A stretch of DNA of 64,000 nucleotides from Deltaproteobacteria bacterium (lineage in GTDB: Bacteria; Desulfobacterota; GWC2-55-46): assembly GCA_015075075.1 (NCBI GenBank), contig JABTVA010000002.1:65985-129984 (forward strand), given 5' to 3'. Shown in pieces: positions 9,921 through 23,026 of the stretch. The notes under the pieces are model-generated. The model saw nothing but the letters and a program-made list of their open reading frames with translations. It was not told where the DNA came from and ran no database searches. A program made the position numbers and the translations under genes. Each line of letters begins with the position of its first letter. The stretch's first letter is position 1.

Positions 9921-10051
9921 CCTCTAAAAATTAAAAATTTTTTCTGAGGTCAAGGCAGAGGCGGAAATAAAAGCGGAGCATATATGTGAATATGTGAGCA
10001 TTTTATTTCCGCCTCAACGAAGAGATCAGGAAAAAGAGCAATTTTTAGAGG
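9921..10051. repeat. nested palindromic element: outer 12-bp IR (CCTCTAAAAATT / AATTTTTAGAGG) enclosing a perfect 15-bp IR (GAGGCGGAAATAAAA / TTTTATTTCCGCCTC) with an ATATGTGA tandem in the loop
   Basis: Inverted repeats read directly from the sequence. The element fills the fabZ-lpxA intergenic region inside one operon. Confidence 0.7.
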
Positions 10052-10061
10052 TAGCCCTGGA

Positions 10062-10535
10062 TTACTTTTCCATTATGGTGGCCATTAGCTCGGCCTCGGC
10101 CACCAGGTTCCCGTCCACGTACGCCTCTCCCTTGAAGACCCATATGACCCCCCTGCACTTGGTCACGGTGAGCGAGAACTCGAGGGAGTCACCCGGAAGG
10201 ACCGGCTTCCTGAACCTGGCCTTGTCTATGCCCATGAAGTAGACGACCTTGTTCTTGACGTCCGCCGACTTGAAGGCAAGCACCCCGCCGACCTGGGCCA
10301 TCGCCTCTATTATGAGTACGCCCGGCATTATGGGGTGCCCCGGGAAATGGCCGTTGAAGAAGGGCTCGTTTATCGTGACGTTCTTGAGCCCCCTTGCGGA
10401 TTTGCCCGGCTCGAGCTCGAGTATCCTGTCTATCAGGAGAAAGGGATAGCGGTGCGGCAGGATGCTCATTATCTCTTTCGTGTCCAGTAGCGCGGCCTTT
10501 GAGACCGGTGCCTCTGCCTGCAAAGTGTCGGTCAT
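10062..10535 (-). CDS. fabZ: 3-hydroxyacyl-ACP dehydratase
   Basis: 157 aa hot-dog fold protein with the [12 protein letters not shown] motif. Confidence 0.9.
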   Translation of the reverse strand: MTDTLQAEAPVSKAALLDTKEIMSILPHRYPFLLIDRILELEPGKSARGLKNVTINEPFFNGHFPGHPIMPGVLIIEAMAQVGGVLAFKSADVKNKVVYFMGIDKARFRKPVLPGDSLEFSLTVTKCRGVIWVFKGEAYVDGNLVAEAELMATIMEK

Positions 10536-10544
10536 ATCTCCTCC

Positions 10545-11588
10545 TTATTCCTTTTCCGCCTTGTCGGCCTCGAGTTCGGCTATCCTTTTTTCGAGCTCCG
10601 CGATCTTCTTCTTGAGTTCCGGCAATTTTGAGTAGACGTTCTGGGCCCGGAGCCAGTCCGCGTGGGGAATGGCAGGGTAGCCCGTGTATATGCTACGCGG
10701 AGGCACGTCCTGGGCAACGCCTGACCTGGCGCCTATACCCACGTCGTCGCCTATCGATATGTGCCCGTTCACCCCTGACTGGCCGCCGACTTGTACGCGG
10801 CTCCCCACCCTGGCGGAGCCAGCTATAGCGGCCTGGGCGACCAAGACGGTGTCCTCGCCAACCTTGACGTTATGGGCGATCTGCACGAGGTTGTCTATCT
10901 TGGTCCCCCTGCCGACGACGGTCTCTCCCATGGTGGCCCGGTCTATGGTGACGCACGCGCCTATCTCTACGTCGTCCCCTATCCTTACTATCCCTGCCTG
11001 GGGCATCTTTATGTATTTTGCCCTGTCCCTGGCGTACCCGAACCCGTCGCTCCCGATTACGGAGTTGCAGTGTATGATGACGCGGGCGCCTATCCGGCAG
11101 CCCTCCCTGATTGCAACCCCCGGGTAGATTACGCAGTCCGGGCCTATTTCAGCGCCCCTGCCGACGTACGCTCCCGGGAAAAGGACGGTCCTGTCGCCAA
11201 CGCTCGCCCCGTCCTCAACGACCGCGAAGGCCTGGACAGAGACCCCTGCGCCGAGCTTCGCGCCCGGATGCACCTCGGCCCCCGGATGGACGCCCGGAGC
11301 AGGGAGGGTCTGGGGCCTCAGCACCCCGAGTATCCTGGCAAAGGCGATCTCGGGGTTTTCCACGAGGATGAGGTTGAGCCCATCAGGCGCCCCCCCCGCG
11401 TCCCTCACGACGACCGCCGCCGCGCGGGTCTTCGAGATGAGGCCCGCGTGTTTTTTCCCGGCCGCAAAAGACACGTCCCCGGGGCCGGCTTCGCCGAGGG
11501 GCGCGGCCCCGGTTATGGTCGCGCTCCCCTCGCCCCTGACCGTGCCGCCGACAAGCGCGGCGAGCTCTGAAAGGCGCTTCCCCGGCAT
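10545..11588 (-). CDS. lpxD: UDP-3-O-(3-hydroxyacyl)glucosamine N-acyltransferase
   Basis: 347 aa with hexapeptide repeats and a C-terminal coiled-coil tail. Confidence 0.9.
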   Translation of the reverse strand: MPGKRLSELAALVGGTVRGEGSATITGAAPLGEAGPGDVSFAAGKKHAGLISKTRAAAVVVRDAGGAPDGLNLILVENPEIAFARILGVLRPQTLPAPGVHPGAEVHPGAKLGAGVSVQAFAVVEDGASVGDRTVLFPGAYVGRGAEIGPDCVIYPGVAIREGCRIGARVIIHCNSVIGSDGFGYARDRAKYIKMPQAGIVRIGDDVEIGACVTIDRATMGETVVGRGTKIDNLVQIAHNVKVGEDTVLVAQAAIAGSARVGSRVQVGGQSGVNGHISIGDDVGIGARSGVAQDVPPRSIYTGYPAIPHADWLRAQNVYSKLPELKKKIAELEKRIAELEADKAEKE

Positions 11589-11601
11589 CTCCGTCCCCCT
11601 T

Positions 11602-12135
11602 TTACTTTTTCCCCTTCCGGCCGTTATGTATCTTTATGACCTCGTCCGTCAAGTCGAGGTCCTTCGGCGCGTAGAGTATGCCGCCCACCGACCTCTCAAA
11701 GACGAAGGTCATCCCTTTTTTCTTCGCGAGCTCCTCGACTATGCCGCGGAGCTCGTCGATTATCTTCGCCTCGGTATCCTGCTTTCTCTTATTCAACTCC
11801 TCGCCGTACTCCATGAACTTCTTCTGGAAGTCCGCCGACCTGGCCCTGAACTCCTTTTCCTTGGAGTCCCTGGTCTCCTTGTTCCAGACCGCCCCCTTGG
11901 TGTCAAGCTCGTCCTTGAGCTTCTTGAGAGACTCCTGCTCCTTGTTGAGCTCGGATTCGAGCTTCTCGGCCTCGTTCTTCAGGTCGTCCTTGGCCTTCAT
12001 GCCCGCGTCGCATTCGTTAAGCGCCCTCTGCAGGTTGGCGTAGCCTATCTTCTGCTCGGCGGCCAGTGCCTGGCCGGACACGAAAAGCGCAATTGCGATT
12101 ATAACCGCGCCCAGTACTTTTGTCATTCTCATCAT
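11602..12135 (-). CDS. skp: periplasmic chaperone Skp (OmpH)
   Basis: Start placed at the internal Met-Met before a signal peptide (MMRMTKVLGAVIIAIALFVSGQALA). Lys/Glu-rich coiled-coil body, located between bamA and lpxD. Confidence 0.8.
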   Translation of the reverse strand: MMRMTKVLGAVIIAIALFVSGQALAAEQKIGYANLQRALNECDAGMKAKDDLKNEAEKLESELNKEQESLKKLKDELDTKGAVWNKETRDSKEKEFRARSADFQKKFMEYGEELNKRKQDTEAKIIDELRGIVEELAKKKGMTFVFERSVGGILYAPKDLDLTDEVIKIHNGRKGKK

Positions 12136-12158
12136 CTTCTCCTTTTTAAATGAGGAAA

Positions 12159-14878
12159 TCAGAACAGGGTCCCGATTGCGAAATCCCATTCCGACCTGCT
12201 CTCGTCTTCATCGGGGTCGAGATTGAACCCCAGCTCTATCCTTATGGGCCCTATGGGGGAGAACCACCTGAGGCCCGCGCCCACGGATGTCTTCAAGTCG
12301 TCCAGGTCTATCGAGTCAAGGTACGCGTTCCCGGCGTCGAAAAACACGAGCCCCCTTATGCTCTGCTCGGCGAAGAGCGGGAAAAGGTACTCGGCGTTGA
12401 AGACCAGCATGGACCTTCCGCCGATGAGGTCTCCGGTCGCGGGGTCCCTGGGGCTTATGGACCTCGTCTGGAAGCCCCTTATCGTGTTTATTCCGCCGAG
12501 GAAATACCTCTCGTAGACCGGGGGCTCCCTGCCCTCGTAGCCCTGGACGTGGCCTGCCGAGCCGTGTAGCGAAAGAACCGTATTCCAGGGCAGGGGGAAG
12601 TACTTGACCGCGTCGGCCTCGTACTTGACGTAATAGCTCGTGCCGCCGAGCGGCCCTCCCGCGAACTCCGTCGTAAGCGTTACGACCGAGCCCTCGGACG
12701 GGAAAAAGGCGTCGTTCCTCGAATCCCTCCGGGCCTGGAGCCTTATGCTGCTCTCGGTGCTCGTGCCCTCCTGCTCCTGTATGAGCGTGGACGCGGTATC
12801 GGCGACGTCGGTTTGTGGACGTCCTCGAGCTTGTAAGTGATATAACCTCTCGTATACCGTTTCGTGAGCGGGAACCCGGCCCTGACGTTGAAACCCTGCT
12901 TCCTGAGGTCGAAGTCAGGGTACTCCCTTTCGGTATTGTAGATGTCGAAGCCCGCGGATATGGGCCTGTCGAAGAGCCACGGCTCGGTTATGCCGAAAAC
13001 GTACCGCGAGCTCGACGCGCTCACCGTGCCCGAGAGGTCGAGCTTCAACCCAGTGCCCATGAAGTTCGACTGCGAGATGGAGGCTGTGCCTATGACCTTG
13101 TCTACCGAGCTGTAGCCGAGGCCGAGCGAGATGGACCCCGTCGGCCTTTCCTTCACGCCCACGCCCAGGTTCATCCTGTCCGCCGCGCTCCCCCTGGTCT
13201 CGGTTATCTGAACGTCCTCGAAATACCCGAGCCTCCGGAGGTTCCCGCGCGCCCTCTTTAGCTCGGTCGAGGAATAGAGCTCGCCCTCGCCTATGGGGAC
13301 CTCCCTCCTTATGACCTTGTCCCTTGTGCGGGTATTGCCAGTGATGTCTATCTTCTCTATGTAGACCAGTTCGTTTTTCGCGATATTAAGGGTTATATCG
13401 ATTGTACGCGCCTCCTGGTCGGTCCTGGTTTGTGGCCTGACCTCCGCGTACGCGTAGCCCTTTTCGCCGTAGATGTCGGTAACCGCCTCTATGCCCCTGG
13501 CGAGCTTGCTCCTGCTGAATATCTGGCCGGTTTCGAGGCCGAGCTTTTTGAGCACCTCCTCCTTCGGGACCAGGAGGTCGCCGGCGGCGTCGAGCTTCCC
13601 TATGCTGAACCGCTCGCCTTCGGTTACGGCTATAGTGATATAGAACCAGCGCTTGTCCTCGCTGAGGAGCACCCTCGAATCGAGTATGTCCGCGTTAATA
13701 TAGCCGTTGTCGAAATACTGGTTTATTATGAGGGCCAGGTCGTTCTGGTAGATGAACTCGTTGAACTTCCCTGACTTTGTGAGGGCGGTAAAGAAGCCGA
13801 CCTCTTTGGTGTTCATCACCTTTTTAAGCCTGGAATCGCTGAACGCCTCGTTCCCGATGAAGGTTATCCTCTTTACCTTGACCTCAGGCCCCTCCTCTAT
13901 CCTGAAGGCCACGGTGGCATCGGTGCCGTCGCTCTCGACCAGGGGCGAGATTGTCGCGAGGTAGAAGCCCTCGTCCTCGTAAAGCTTCTTTATCCTCTCG
14001 GCGTCCGCGGCAAGGAGCACCCTGTCGAGCACCCTGTTCGTCCGGAGAGTCACCGTCTCCTCAAGCTGCTCGATCTTTATCTCCTTGTGCCCCCGGTACT
14101 CTATCCGCCTTACGAATGGCAGCTCCTTCACTATGAAGGCGAGGACCCTGCCGGATGCCGTCTCCGAAAGGACGGCCGATACGTCGTCGAAGTACCCGGT
14201 AGCGTATATGGCCCTTATGTCCTCCCTTACGGTGTCGTGTGAAAAGGGCTCGCCCTCCCTGCTCTTCACCTTCTGGAGGACCGCTTCGGCCTCGACCCTT
14301 CTATTTCCGGAGACGACGATCCTGTCTACTATGCCCTCTTTCTCCACGGGCCTCTCCCTGAGCGCCGATGCCATTGCCAGGGGCATCTCGGAGGCCTTGG
14401 CCCTTATCCTCCGAAGGAGCTCGGCCTCGGATACCGAGCTCTCGAAATAAAAGGCCTTGGGGGCGCCGTCCTTGAGGTCAAGGACCCTCCAGTCCGCGCT
14501 TGAGGTCCGCCCCACCCTGGTCACGGAGCCGAGCACAGCGAAGTCCGCGCCCACCCTGGATGCGATATCGAAGGCGGCCTCCTCGCCGAAGCGGGCCACC
14601 CCCTCTTCCAGCATGAGCCGCCTCGTCTCCTCGATCCCCACGACCTCTATCCCGGCGCTCCCGTCGAGCGTGGAGGCCAGGGCCTCCATGATGTTCCTCC
14701 TTAGAGCCGAGATATCCTCTTCGGCGTGCATCTCAAAGGGCAGCACCAGCACCCTCAGGCCCTCGGCAAAGGACAGGGAGGGGGTGAGGAGAAAGAGGAG
14801 CGTCAAAAAAAAACGGGAAAAGGCGGCCGGGAACCACGTTCCGGGCCGGGCCGGTCCCATTGAATTCCATAACGTCAT
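12159..14878 (-). CDS. bamA: outer membrane protein assembly factor BamA (one frameshift near 12790-12835)
   Basis: The N-terminal ORF carries the POTRA domains and stops at 12743 after a nonsense tail. The barrel continues in another frame (DTASTLIQEQEGTSTESSIRLQARRDSRNDAFFPSEGS...) through the 12159-12410 ORF and ends ...AIGTLF. Confidence 0.8.
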
Positions 14879-14941
14879 GCTTCGCGTGCCCCTGCCGATT
14901 ACTGAGGACAGCCGTACAGAGAAGGCGCCTCGATTCTTTAT

Positions 14942-14966
14942 GCCCCCTAAGCGGGGGTCTTTTTTG
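14942..14966 (+). terminator. orphan plus-strand hairpin plus T-run (CCCCC-taagc-GGGGG tc TTTTTT) between minus-strand bamA and lolD
   Basis: The sequence shows a 5-bp GC stem followed by T6. No plus-strand gene lies upstream. The stem is weak. Confidence 0.25.
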
Positions 14967-14986
14967 AATTATAAAAATTATTGCGG

Positions 14987-15658
14987 CTATTCCTCTATCC
15001 TGCCGTCGACCATCTTAAGCCGCCTGCCGAGCCGGGAGGCAAGGCCTTCGTTATGCGTCACTATGACCATGGCGGTGCCCATGCTCCGGTTGAGGTCAAA
15101 GAGAAGGCTGAATACCTCCTCCCCGGTCCGGGTGTCAAGGTTCCCGGTCGGCTCGTCCGCCAGGATGACCTCCGGTGACTGCATCAGCGCGCGCACTATG
15201 GCCGCCCGCTGCTGCTCCCCACCCGAGAGCTCCCCTGGCTTGTGGTCGAGCCTCGCCCCGAGTCCCACCTCGGAAAGGAGTTTTGTCGCCCGCTCCCTCG
15301 CGGCGTTAAGGCCGCCCCCTCCTATGAGCGCCGGGAGCATGACGTTCTCAAGCGCCGTGAACTCCGGCAGCAGGTGGTGGAACTGGAAGACGAACCCCAT
15401 GTGCCTGTTCCGGAAGGCCGCAAGCCTGCTGTCGTCATACCCGAATACGGGCTCGCCCTTGAAGGACACCTCCCCGGAGGTCGGCCTGTCCAGGGCGCCG
15501 AGGATGTTCAGTAGCGTCGACTTCCCCGCGCCTGAAGCGCCCACCACGGCGATGGTCTCGCCCTTCGCTATGGAAAGGTCGATGCCCTTAAGGACCTCGA
15601 CCGTCTTTCCAGAGCCCCCGTATGTCTTCCTGAGCCCTGCCGCCCTTATGAGTTCCAT
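14987..15658 (-). CDS. lolD: lipoprotein-releasing ABC transporter ATP-binding protein
   Basis: Start chosen at [15 protein letters not shown]. Walker [10 protein letters not shown], signature LSGGEQQR and Walker [12 protein letters not shown] are present. Adjacent to the FtsX-type permease. Confidence 0.75.
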   Translation of the reverse strand: MELIRAAGLRKTYGGSGKTVEVLKGIDLSIAKGETIAVVGASGAGKSTLLNILGALDRPTSGEVSFKGEPVFGYDDSRLAAFRNRHMGFVFQFHHLLPEFTALENVMLPALIGGGGLNAARERATKLLSEVGLGARLDHKPGELSGGEQQRAAIVRALMQSPEVILADEPTGNLDTRTGEEVFSLLFDLNRSMGTAMVIVTHNEGLASRLGRRLKMVDGRIEE

Positions 15659-15696
15659 GATACCGGTCCCTGAAGCGGAAAGCCCGTCCGGCCCGC

Positions 15697-16960
15697 TCAT
15701 TCGTATCTCAGCCCCTCGACGGGGTCGAACCTCGACGCCTGCCACGAGGGATAGAGCGTTGCGAGAAAGCTAATGCCTATGGAGATGGCGGCTATGGCCG
15801 CCACGACCAGCGGCTCGACCTTCGAGGGAAAGTTGTCGATGTAGTATATGGACGGGGGCAGCACCTGGAACTGGAAGACCCTCTCGACGAACTGTATTAC
15901 CATTTCGAGATTGAGGGCCGCCGCGACCCCCAGGGCCGTGCCTAAAGCCGTGCCCGTGACCCCGATGACTATGCCCTCCACCATGAATATCCGCATGATG
16001 CCGCCCGATGTGGCGCCGAGGCTCTTGAGTATGGCTATGTCCTTGCCCTTTTCCATGACGACCATTATGAGGGTGCTTATGATGTTCATGGCCGCGACCA
16101 GTATGATGAGCGTGAGTATTATGAACATGGCCGCCTTCTCGAGCTTCAGGGCAGAGAAGAGGTTCCTGTTCATCTCCATCCATGTGCGCGTCCAGTAGGG
16201 CCCGCGCAGCTCCATCATTATGAGGTCGGCTGTCTCCTCGGCCTTGTATATGTCCCGTATCTTGACCTCCACCCCGGAGACGGCGTCCCCCATCCTGAAA
16301 AAACCCTGGGCGTTCTCGATGGATATGAAGGCCAGGGACGAGTCGTACTCGTACATGCCGAGCTCGAAAACGCCGGCCACCCTGAAGGCCGCCATCCTGG
16401 GTACCGGGCCGGCAGGCGTCATTGTGCCCATCGGCGATATCACGCTTATGTCGTCGCCCACGGAGACGCCAAGGTTCCTCGCGAGCTCGCTGCCGATGAG
16501 TATGCCCGGCGCGCCGGGCCCTCCGCCGAGAGAGGTCCTCAAGCTTGCCCTCCATAGAGCCTTCCTTGACCTTGTCCGAAGGACCGCGACCTCGCCTATC
16601 GTCTCAATCTCGGAGCCCCCTTATGACGGCGCTGACGACCCCTCCGGGCGCGGATATCATGGCCTGGTTGTAGGTAAACGGGGTCGCGCCCACCACGCCG
16701 TTCACCTTGCGCACCTTTTCGGCGACCTCCGCGTATCCCTCCATGGGCGAGCCGAGCTCGGTCACGACCACGTTGGCGTTTATCCCCAATATCTTTTCCC
16801 TCAGGTCCTCCTCGAAGCCGGTCATTACGGAGAGGACGATTATGAGGGCGGTCACGCCGACGGTTATGCCGGCTATGGAGATGAAGGTTATGACCGAGAT
16901 GAAGGTCTGCTTCCTCTTGGCCTTGAGGTAGCGGAGCCCTATGAAAAGCTCGTATGACAT
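15697..16960 (-). CDS. lolE: lipoprotein-releasing system permease LolC/E (FtsX/MacB-like; clustered frameshifts 16540-16610)
   Basis: The N-terminal ORF (16604-16960, [13 protein letters not shown]...) and C-terminal ORF (15697-16542, ending ...[16 protein letters not shown]) belong to one protein of about 410 aa. The junction contains the expected segments [16 protein letters not shown] and [16 protein letters not shown] in alternating frames. Confidence 0.75.
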
Positions 16961-17028
16961 TGGTGTTCCGTCTCTCCGGATGTTAGCCCGGCTGCATTAA
17001 AAAATCCGCGGAAAAATGGTTAAAAGGC

Positions 17029-18537
<1,509 letters not shown>

Positions 18538-18713
18538 GCGCCAGCAGGGGACCTTCCGGGAAAAACCCAGCCGGAAGGCGGACTTCCCCAATCAGGACAG
18601 GCCTGAAGATTAATGATAAAAGTTATCTCATTTAATGGTGTGAGTCAAGGTAAAACCGCGGATTTTCAGGCGGTTATTGGGGTGTGCCGGCCTTTTTGAA
18701 GCTATTGAGGCGG

Positions 18714-19847
18714 TCAGGCCGAGAGCCCGTTGCCGGCCTTGAGAGGCAGCTCTTCATATGGTCTTCCGAGCGAGGAGGCCACGTTCCGGTGCACGACCTT
18801 CCCGTCGAGCACATTGGCTCCGCGCCTGAGGGGCTCTGAAGAGGCGAGGGCCCTTTTTACACCCTGGCTGGACAAAGCCAGGACATATGGGAGGGTAGCG
18901 TTCGTGAGGGCGAAGGTAGAGGTCCTCGGGACGGCCCCCGGCATGTTGGCAACCCCGTAATGGAGCACACCCTCCTCCATATAGACCGGGTCGGAATGGG
19001 TGGTGGGCCTTATGGACTCTACACAGCCGCCCTGGTCAACGGAAACGTCGACTATGACCGAGCCCTTTTTCATGAGCCGGAGCATGTCCCTCGTTACGAG
19101 CCTCGGGGTCCTTGAGCCGGGTATGTGGACCGCGCCTATCAAGAGGTCAGAGCGGCTTAGGCACATCTCGATATTGTGTGAATTGGAATGGAGCGTCTCC
19201 ACCTTTACCCCGAAGAGGTCGTCGAGGTATCTCAGGCGCGCCGCGTTCGTATCGAGAATGGTTACGCGCGCGCCCAGGCCCACCGCCATCTTCGCGGCGT
19301 TCACGCCCGCTACCCCGGCGCCTATAATGGTGACCGCCCCGGACTCTACTCCGGGTACCCCGCTCAGGAGCACGCCCCTTCCGCCCTGCGCCTTCGTAAG
19401 GTAATGCGCGCCCGCAAGCACAGCGAGCCTCCCGGCCACCTCGCTCATGGGCGCGAGGACCGGGAGCGTATGGTCCGGAAGCTCTATCGTCTCATAGGCT
19501 ATCGCGGCTACGCCCCTTTCTATGAGCTCCCCGGCAAGGCGGTGGTCTGCGGCAAGGTGGAAGAACGTGAATACGGCAAGACCGGGCCTGAGATAGGCGT
19601 ACTCCTCCGGCCTCGGCTCCTTTACCTTGACGACAAGCTCCGAGCGCGACCAGACTTCGGAGGCGGACTGGACCATTTCCGCGCCCGCGCCCCTGTATTC
19701 GTCGTCCGTTATGGAGCTTCCGAGTCCCGCCCCTTTTTCGACCAGGACTGTGTGGCCGGCCTCCCTGAGGGCCCTTGCGCCCGCAGGCACAAGCCCCACA
19801 CGGAACTCGTTGTCCTTTATCTCCCTGGATACTCCGATTATCATCAC
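18714..19847 (-). CDS. ald: alanine dehydrogenase
   Basis: 377 aa. Begins [20 protein letters not shown] and has the NAD-binding motif [12 protein letters not shown]. Confidence 0.85.
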   Translation of the reverse strand: MMIIGVSREIKDNEFRVGLVPAGARALREAGHTVLVEKGAGLGSSITDDEYRGAGAEMVQSASEVWSRSELVVKVKEPRPEEYAYLRPGLAVFTFFHLAADHRLAGELIERGVAAIAYETIELPDHTLPVLAPMSEVAGRLAVLAGAHYLTKAQGGRGVLLSGVPGVESGAVTIIGAGVAGVNAAKMAVGLGARVTILDTNAARLRYLDDLFGVKVETLHSNSHNIEMCLSRSDLLIGAVHIPGSRTPRLVTRDMLRLMKKGSVIVDVSVDQGGCVESIRPTTHSDPVYMEEGVLHYGVANMPGAVPRTSTFALTNATLPYVLALSSQGVKRALASSEPLRRGANVLDGKVVHRNVASSLGRPYEELPLKAGNGLSA

Positions 19848-19936
19848 TACCTTACCGAAAGGCTTTGATTTTCAATAACTTGAAACGCCCCGCAAGGGAC
19901 AGGCTATCAGTTTTGCGCCGGGTAGTCAAGGCCGAC

Positions 19937-21104
19937 TCAAACCTGCTTTTCCCTTGCTTCCCTCATGAGCGGGAAGACGGTGTGCTTGAGGTAATAGAGG
20001 TCGGCCTCCACGGTCTTCATCTCCTCGTCCCGGAGCGTGAAGGGCGTAAGGGGGGTGTCCCGGAGATAGGCGCTCCGGAAGATATCGCCGTTCCTTTTAA
20101 GGAAAGCCTCTGGGATGACGTCGCGGGCGCTGAGCCCGTTCATCCTGCCCCAGGCGAGCGTCCACGCCCTCGCTACATTCGAGAGGTCGTAGCCGCCTCC
20201 GCCCAGGGCGACCCAGGGGAGACTGAAGGAACGGAAACGCTCGACCATCTTCTCGAAACTGTTTGTCGTAAGGCTTAAGTGCGTAAGGGGGTCCGTCTCG
20301 AATGAATCCACCCCGAGCTGGGTTACCAGCACGTCCGGCTGGAACTCCTCTATGAAGGGCGGGACCACCTCCTCGAATACCTTAAGGTAAAGCTCGTCGC
20401 CCGTCGAAGGCGGTAGCGGCATATTGACGGAAAAGCCCCTGCCTCTGCCCACCCCAATGTCGGTCACGAATCCCGTGCCGAAAGAGCCATTGCCCGCTCT
20501 CGTGGATGGAGATCGTGAGCACCCTGTCGGTATCGTAGAAGGCGTACTCGACCCCGTCGCCGTGATGGGCGTCTATATCCACATAGGCCACGCGCTTTCC
20601 GAGGTTTACGAGGTATTTTATGGCTATCGCGGCGTCGTTTATGTAGCAGAACCCCGAGGCCCTGCCTGGCATGGCGTGATGGAGCCCGCCCGCGATGTTG
20701 AAGGCAGTCTCGGCCCTGCCCTCTGCCACGAGTTCCGCGGCCTGAATGGATGCGCCTGTAGAGAGGGCCGACCACTCGTACATCCCGTTGAAGACCGGGT
20801 TGTCCGCGAACCCGAGGCCGTGTAGCGACCCTCCCACGGGTATTATCCCGGTGTTCGCCTCCTTCAGGACCCTCACGTAATCCGGGGTGTGGAAGAGGAG
20901 GAGGTCGGATTCGCTTGCATGCGCGGCCTCGACAACGACCGACGAGTTGAGGCCCAGGAGGCCCATCTCCCTGATGAGCTCATAGGTTAAGCGGAGCCTC
21001 ACGGGCTTCATCGGATGGTCTATGCCGTAGTAAAAGGAGCCGAACCTGTCGGAGTAAACAAAGGCGGTCCTGGCCTTCCCGCCCCTTGCCCGCTGCCTAC
21101 TCAT
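19937..21104 (-). CDS. histone deacetylase-family amidohydrolase (AcuC/acetylpolyamine amidohydrolase-like; frameshift near 20455-20475)
   Basis: The N-terminal ORF ends ISIHESGQWLF followed by nonsense. The next frame continues FGTGFVTDIGVGRGRGFSVNMPLPP. Together they form the HDAC motif ...HE...FPGTG...G.G.G...N.PL. Confidence 0.7.
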
Positions 21105-22305
21105 ACCTTAGCGCCTCTATGGGGTCCATGAGCGAGGCCTTCCGCGCAGGATAGATGCCGAACACAAGCCCCACCAGCGCGGAAAAAAGGAAGCCCAGCC
21201 CGACGGACCAGAATGTAATCACCGTCTCCCACTCGCCGAACTTCGAAAGGAGTACCGCCATCGACGAGCCCGCGGCAACCCCTATGAGCCCGCCCGATAT
21301 GGTTATTACAAGCGCCTCTATGAGGAACTGCCTCAGGATATCGCTCCTCCTTGCGCCGACCGCCATCCTCACTCCTATTTCCCTCGTCCGCTCGGTCACG
21401 GATACGAGCATTATGTTCATGACGCCTATGCCGCCCACGAGGAGCGATACCGCCGCTATGCCGGATAGGAGGACGGTAAAGGTGCGCGAGGTCTCCTCCA
21501 GCGTCCTTACCATCTCGGTAAAGTCCCTTATGGTGAAGTCCGAGACGGCCCCGGGCGCTATCCTGTGCCTCTCGCGGAGAAGACGCTCGAGGTCCTCCTT
21601 GACCCCGGGTATCAGGGACGCGTCCTCGACCTGGATATTTATGTCGTTCAGGTAGACCTGGCTGAATAACCGCCTCTGTGCGGTCGATATGGGGATGAAG
21701 ACCTGGTCGTCCGGGTCCGACCAGGAGCTCTGCCCCTTTGGGAGCATTATTCCGATTACCGTGAACGTCTGGCCCTGGATCTTTATCTCCTCTCCGAGGG
21801 CCGGACTGTCCCCGAAAAGGTCCTGCCTGCCGGTGTTGCCGAGCACCGCTACCCTTCTCATCACGTTTATATCAGGTTCGTCCAGGAAATGCCCTTCCTC
21901 AACCTGAAAATTATTTATGCCGGGATATTCGGCGGTTGTGCCGGTTATCGTCGTGTTCGTGTTCCTGCTCCCGTACTTTACCTGGCTTGAGCGGCCCGCC
22001 ACAGGCGCAAGCGCCCGTATGCCGGGCACCTCCCTCGCTATGGCCTCGGCGTCCTTCAGGGTGAGCGTCTCGACCGCCCCTGTCCTTATGTGCCCCATCC
22101 TTGCCGAGCCGGGGCGGACGCGAAGGAGGTTGGTGCCGAACCTGGAGATGGACTCAATGACCTGCTGCTTCGCTCCCTCGCCGATGGAAAGCATCGAGAT
22201 TATCGAGGCGACGCCGATTATTATGCCGAGCATGGTGAGCGCGGTGCGCATCTTGTTGGCCAGGATGCCCCTCCACGCCACCTTTATGACCTGTGCGAAT
22301 ACCAT
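21097..22305 (-). CDS. ABC transporter permease, MacB/FtsX family
   Basis: 402 aa. N-terminal TM segment, a large periplasmic domain and a C-terminal three-TM FtsX domain ending IEALRYE. Confidence 0.8.
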   Translation of the reverse strand: MVFAQVIKVAWRGILANKMRTALTMLGIIIGVASIISMLSIGEGAKQQVIESISRFGTNLLRVRPGSARMGHIRTGAVETLTLKDAEAIAREVPGIRALAPVAGRSSQVKYGSRNTNTTITGTTAEYPGINNFQVEEGHFLDEPDINVMRRVAVLGNTGRQDLFGDSPALGEEIKIQGQTFTVIGIMLPKGQSSWSDPDDQVFIPISTAQRRLFSQVYLNDINIQVEDASLIPGVKEDLERLLRERHRIAPGAVSDFTIRDFTEMVRTLEETSRTFTVLLSGIAAVSLLVGGIGVMNIMLVSVTERTREIGVRMAVGARRSDILRQFLIEALVITISGGLIGVAAGSSMAVLLSKFGEWETVITFWSVGLGFLFSALVGLVFGIYPARKASLMDPIEALRYE

Positions 22306-22332
22306 ATGTCTACCGGACCCCGGCTCACGGGC

Positions 22333-22998
22333 TTATGCCGACCCGGAGAGCACCTTTCCGTCCTTGAGGGTTATTACCCTCTCTGAATGCGCCGCGATTT
22401 CGTTATCATGCGTCACTACCACGAGGGTCGAGCCCTTCACGTGAAGGTCCTTGAAGAGCTCCATGACCTCTCTGCCCGTGCGCGAGTCGAGGTTGCCCGT
22501 CGGCTCGTCGCAGAGTATGATGGGCGGCTTCATTACGATCGCCCGGGCTATCGCCACTCTCTGCCTCTGCCCGCCCGAGAGCTCGTTGGGCCTGTGCCCC
22601 ATCCTGTTCAGAAGGCCGACTTCCCTCAAGGCCTCTGCCGCTATCCGGGCCGTCCCCTCCACCCCGGCGTAGAGGAGCGGAAGCTCGACGTTCTCAAGCG
22701 CGGTCTGCCTGGCAAGGAGGTTGAAGCTCTGGAACACGAAACCGATGTTCCTGTTCCTCACGGCCGCGAGGCCGTTGTCGTCCATCTCCTCGACCCTTAT
22801 CCCGTTAAGCATATAGGCGCCGCCCGTCGGCCTGTCAAGGCACCCTATTATGTTCATTAGAGTGGACTTGCCGCTCCCGGAAGGGCCCATTATTGAGACG
22901 AACTCGCCCTTTTCTATGCGGAGGTCGACAGACGAGAGGGCCTCCACCTGCTGGCCGCCCAGAAAATAGGTCTTTGTTATTCCCTTAAGCTCTATCAT
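22333..22998 (-). CDS. ABC transporter ATP-binding protein (MacB-type NBD)
   Basis: 221 aa. Walker [10 protein letters not shown], signature LSGGQRQR and Walker [12 protein letters not shown]. Confidence 0.85.
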   Translation of the reverse strand: MIELKGITKTYFLGGQQVEALSSVDLRIEKGEFVSIMGPSGSGKSTLMNIIGCLDRPTGGAYMLNGIRVEEMDDNGLAAVRNRNIGFVFQSFNLLARQTALENVELPLLYAGVEGTARIAAEALREVGLLNRMGHRPNELSGGQRQRVAIARAIVMKPPIILCDEPTGNLDSRTGREVMELFKDLHVKGSTLVVVTHDNEIAAHSERVITLKDGKVLSGSA

Positions 22999-23026
22999 GG
23001 TCAGAAGAGGCTTGTATCCGGACGCC

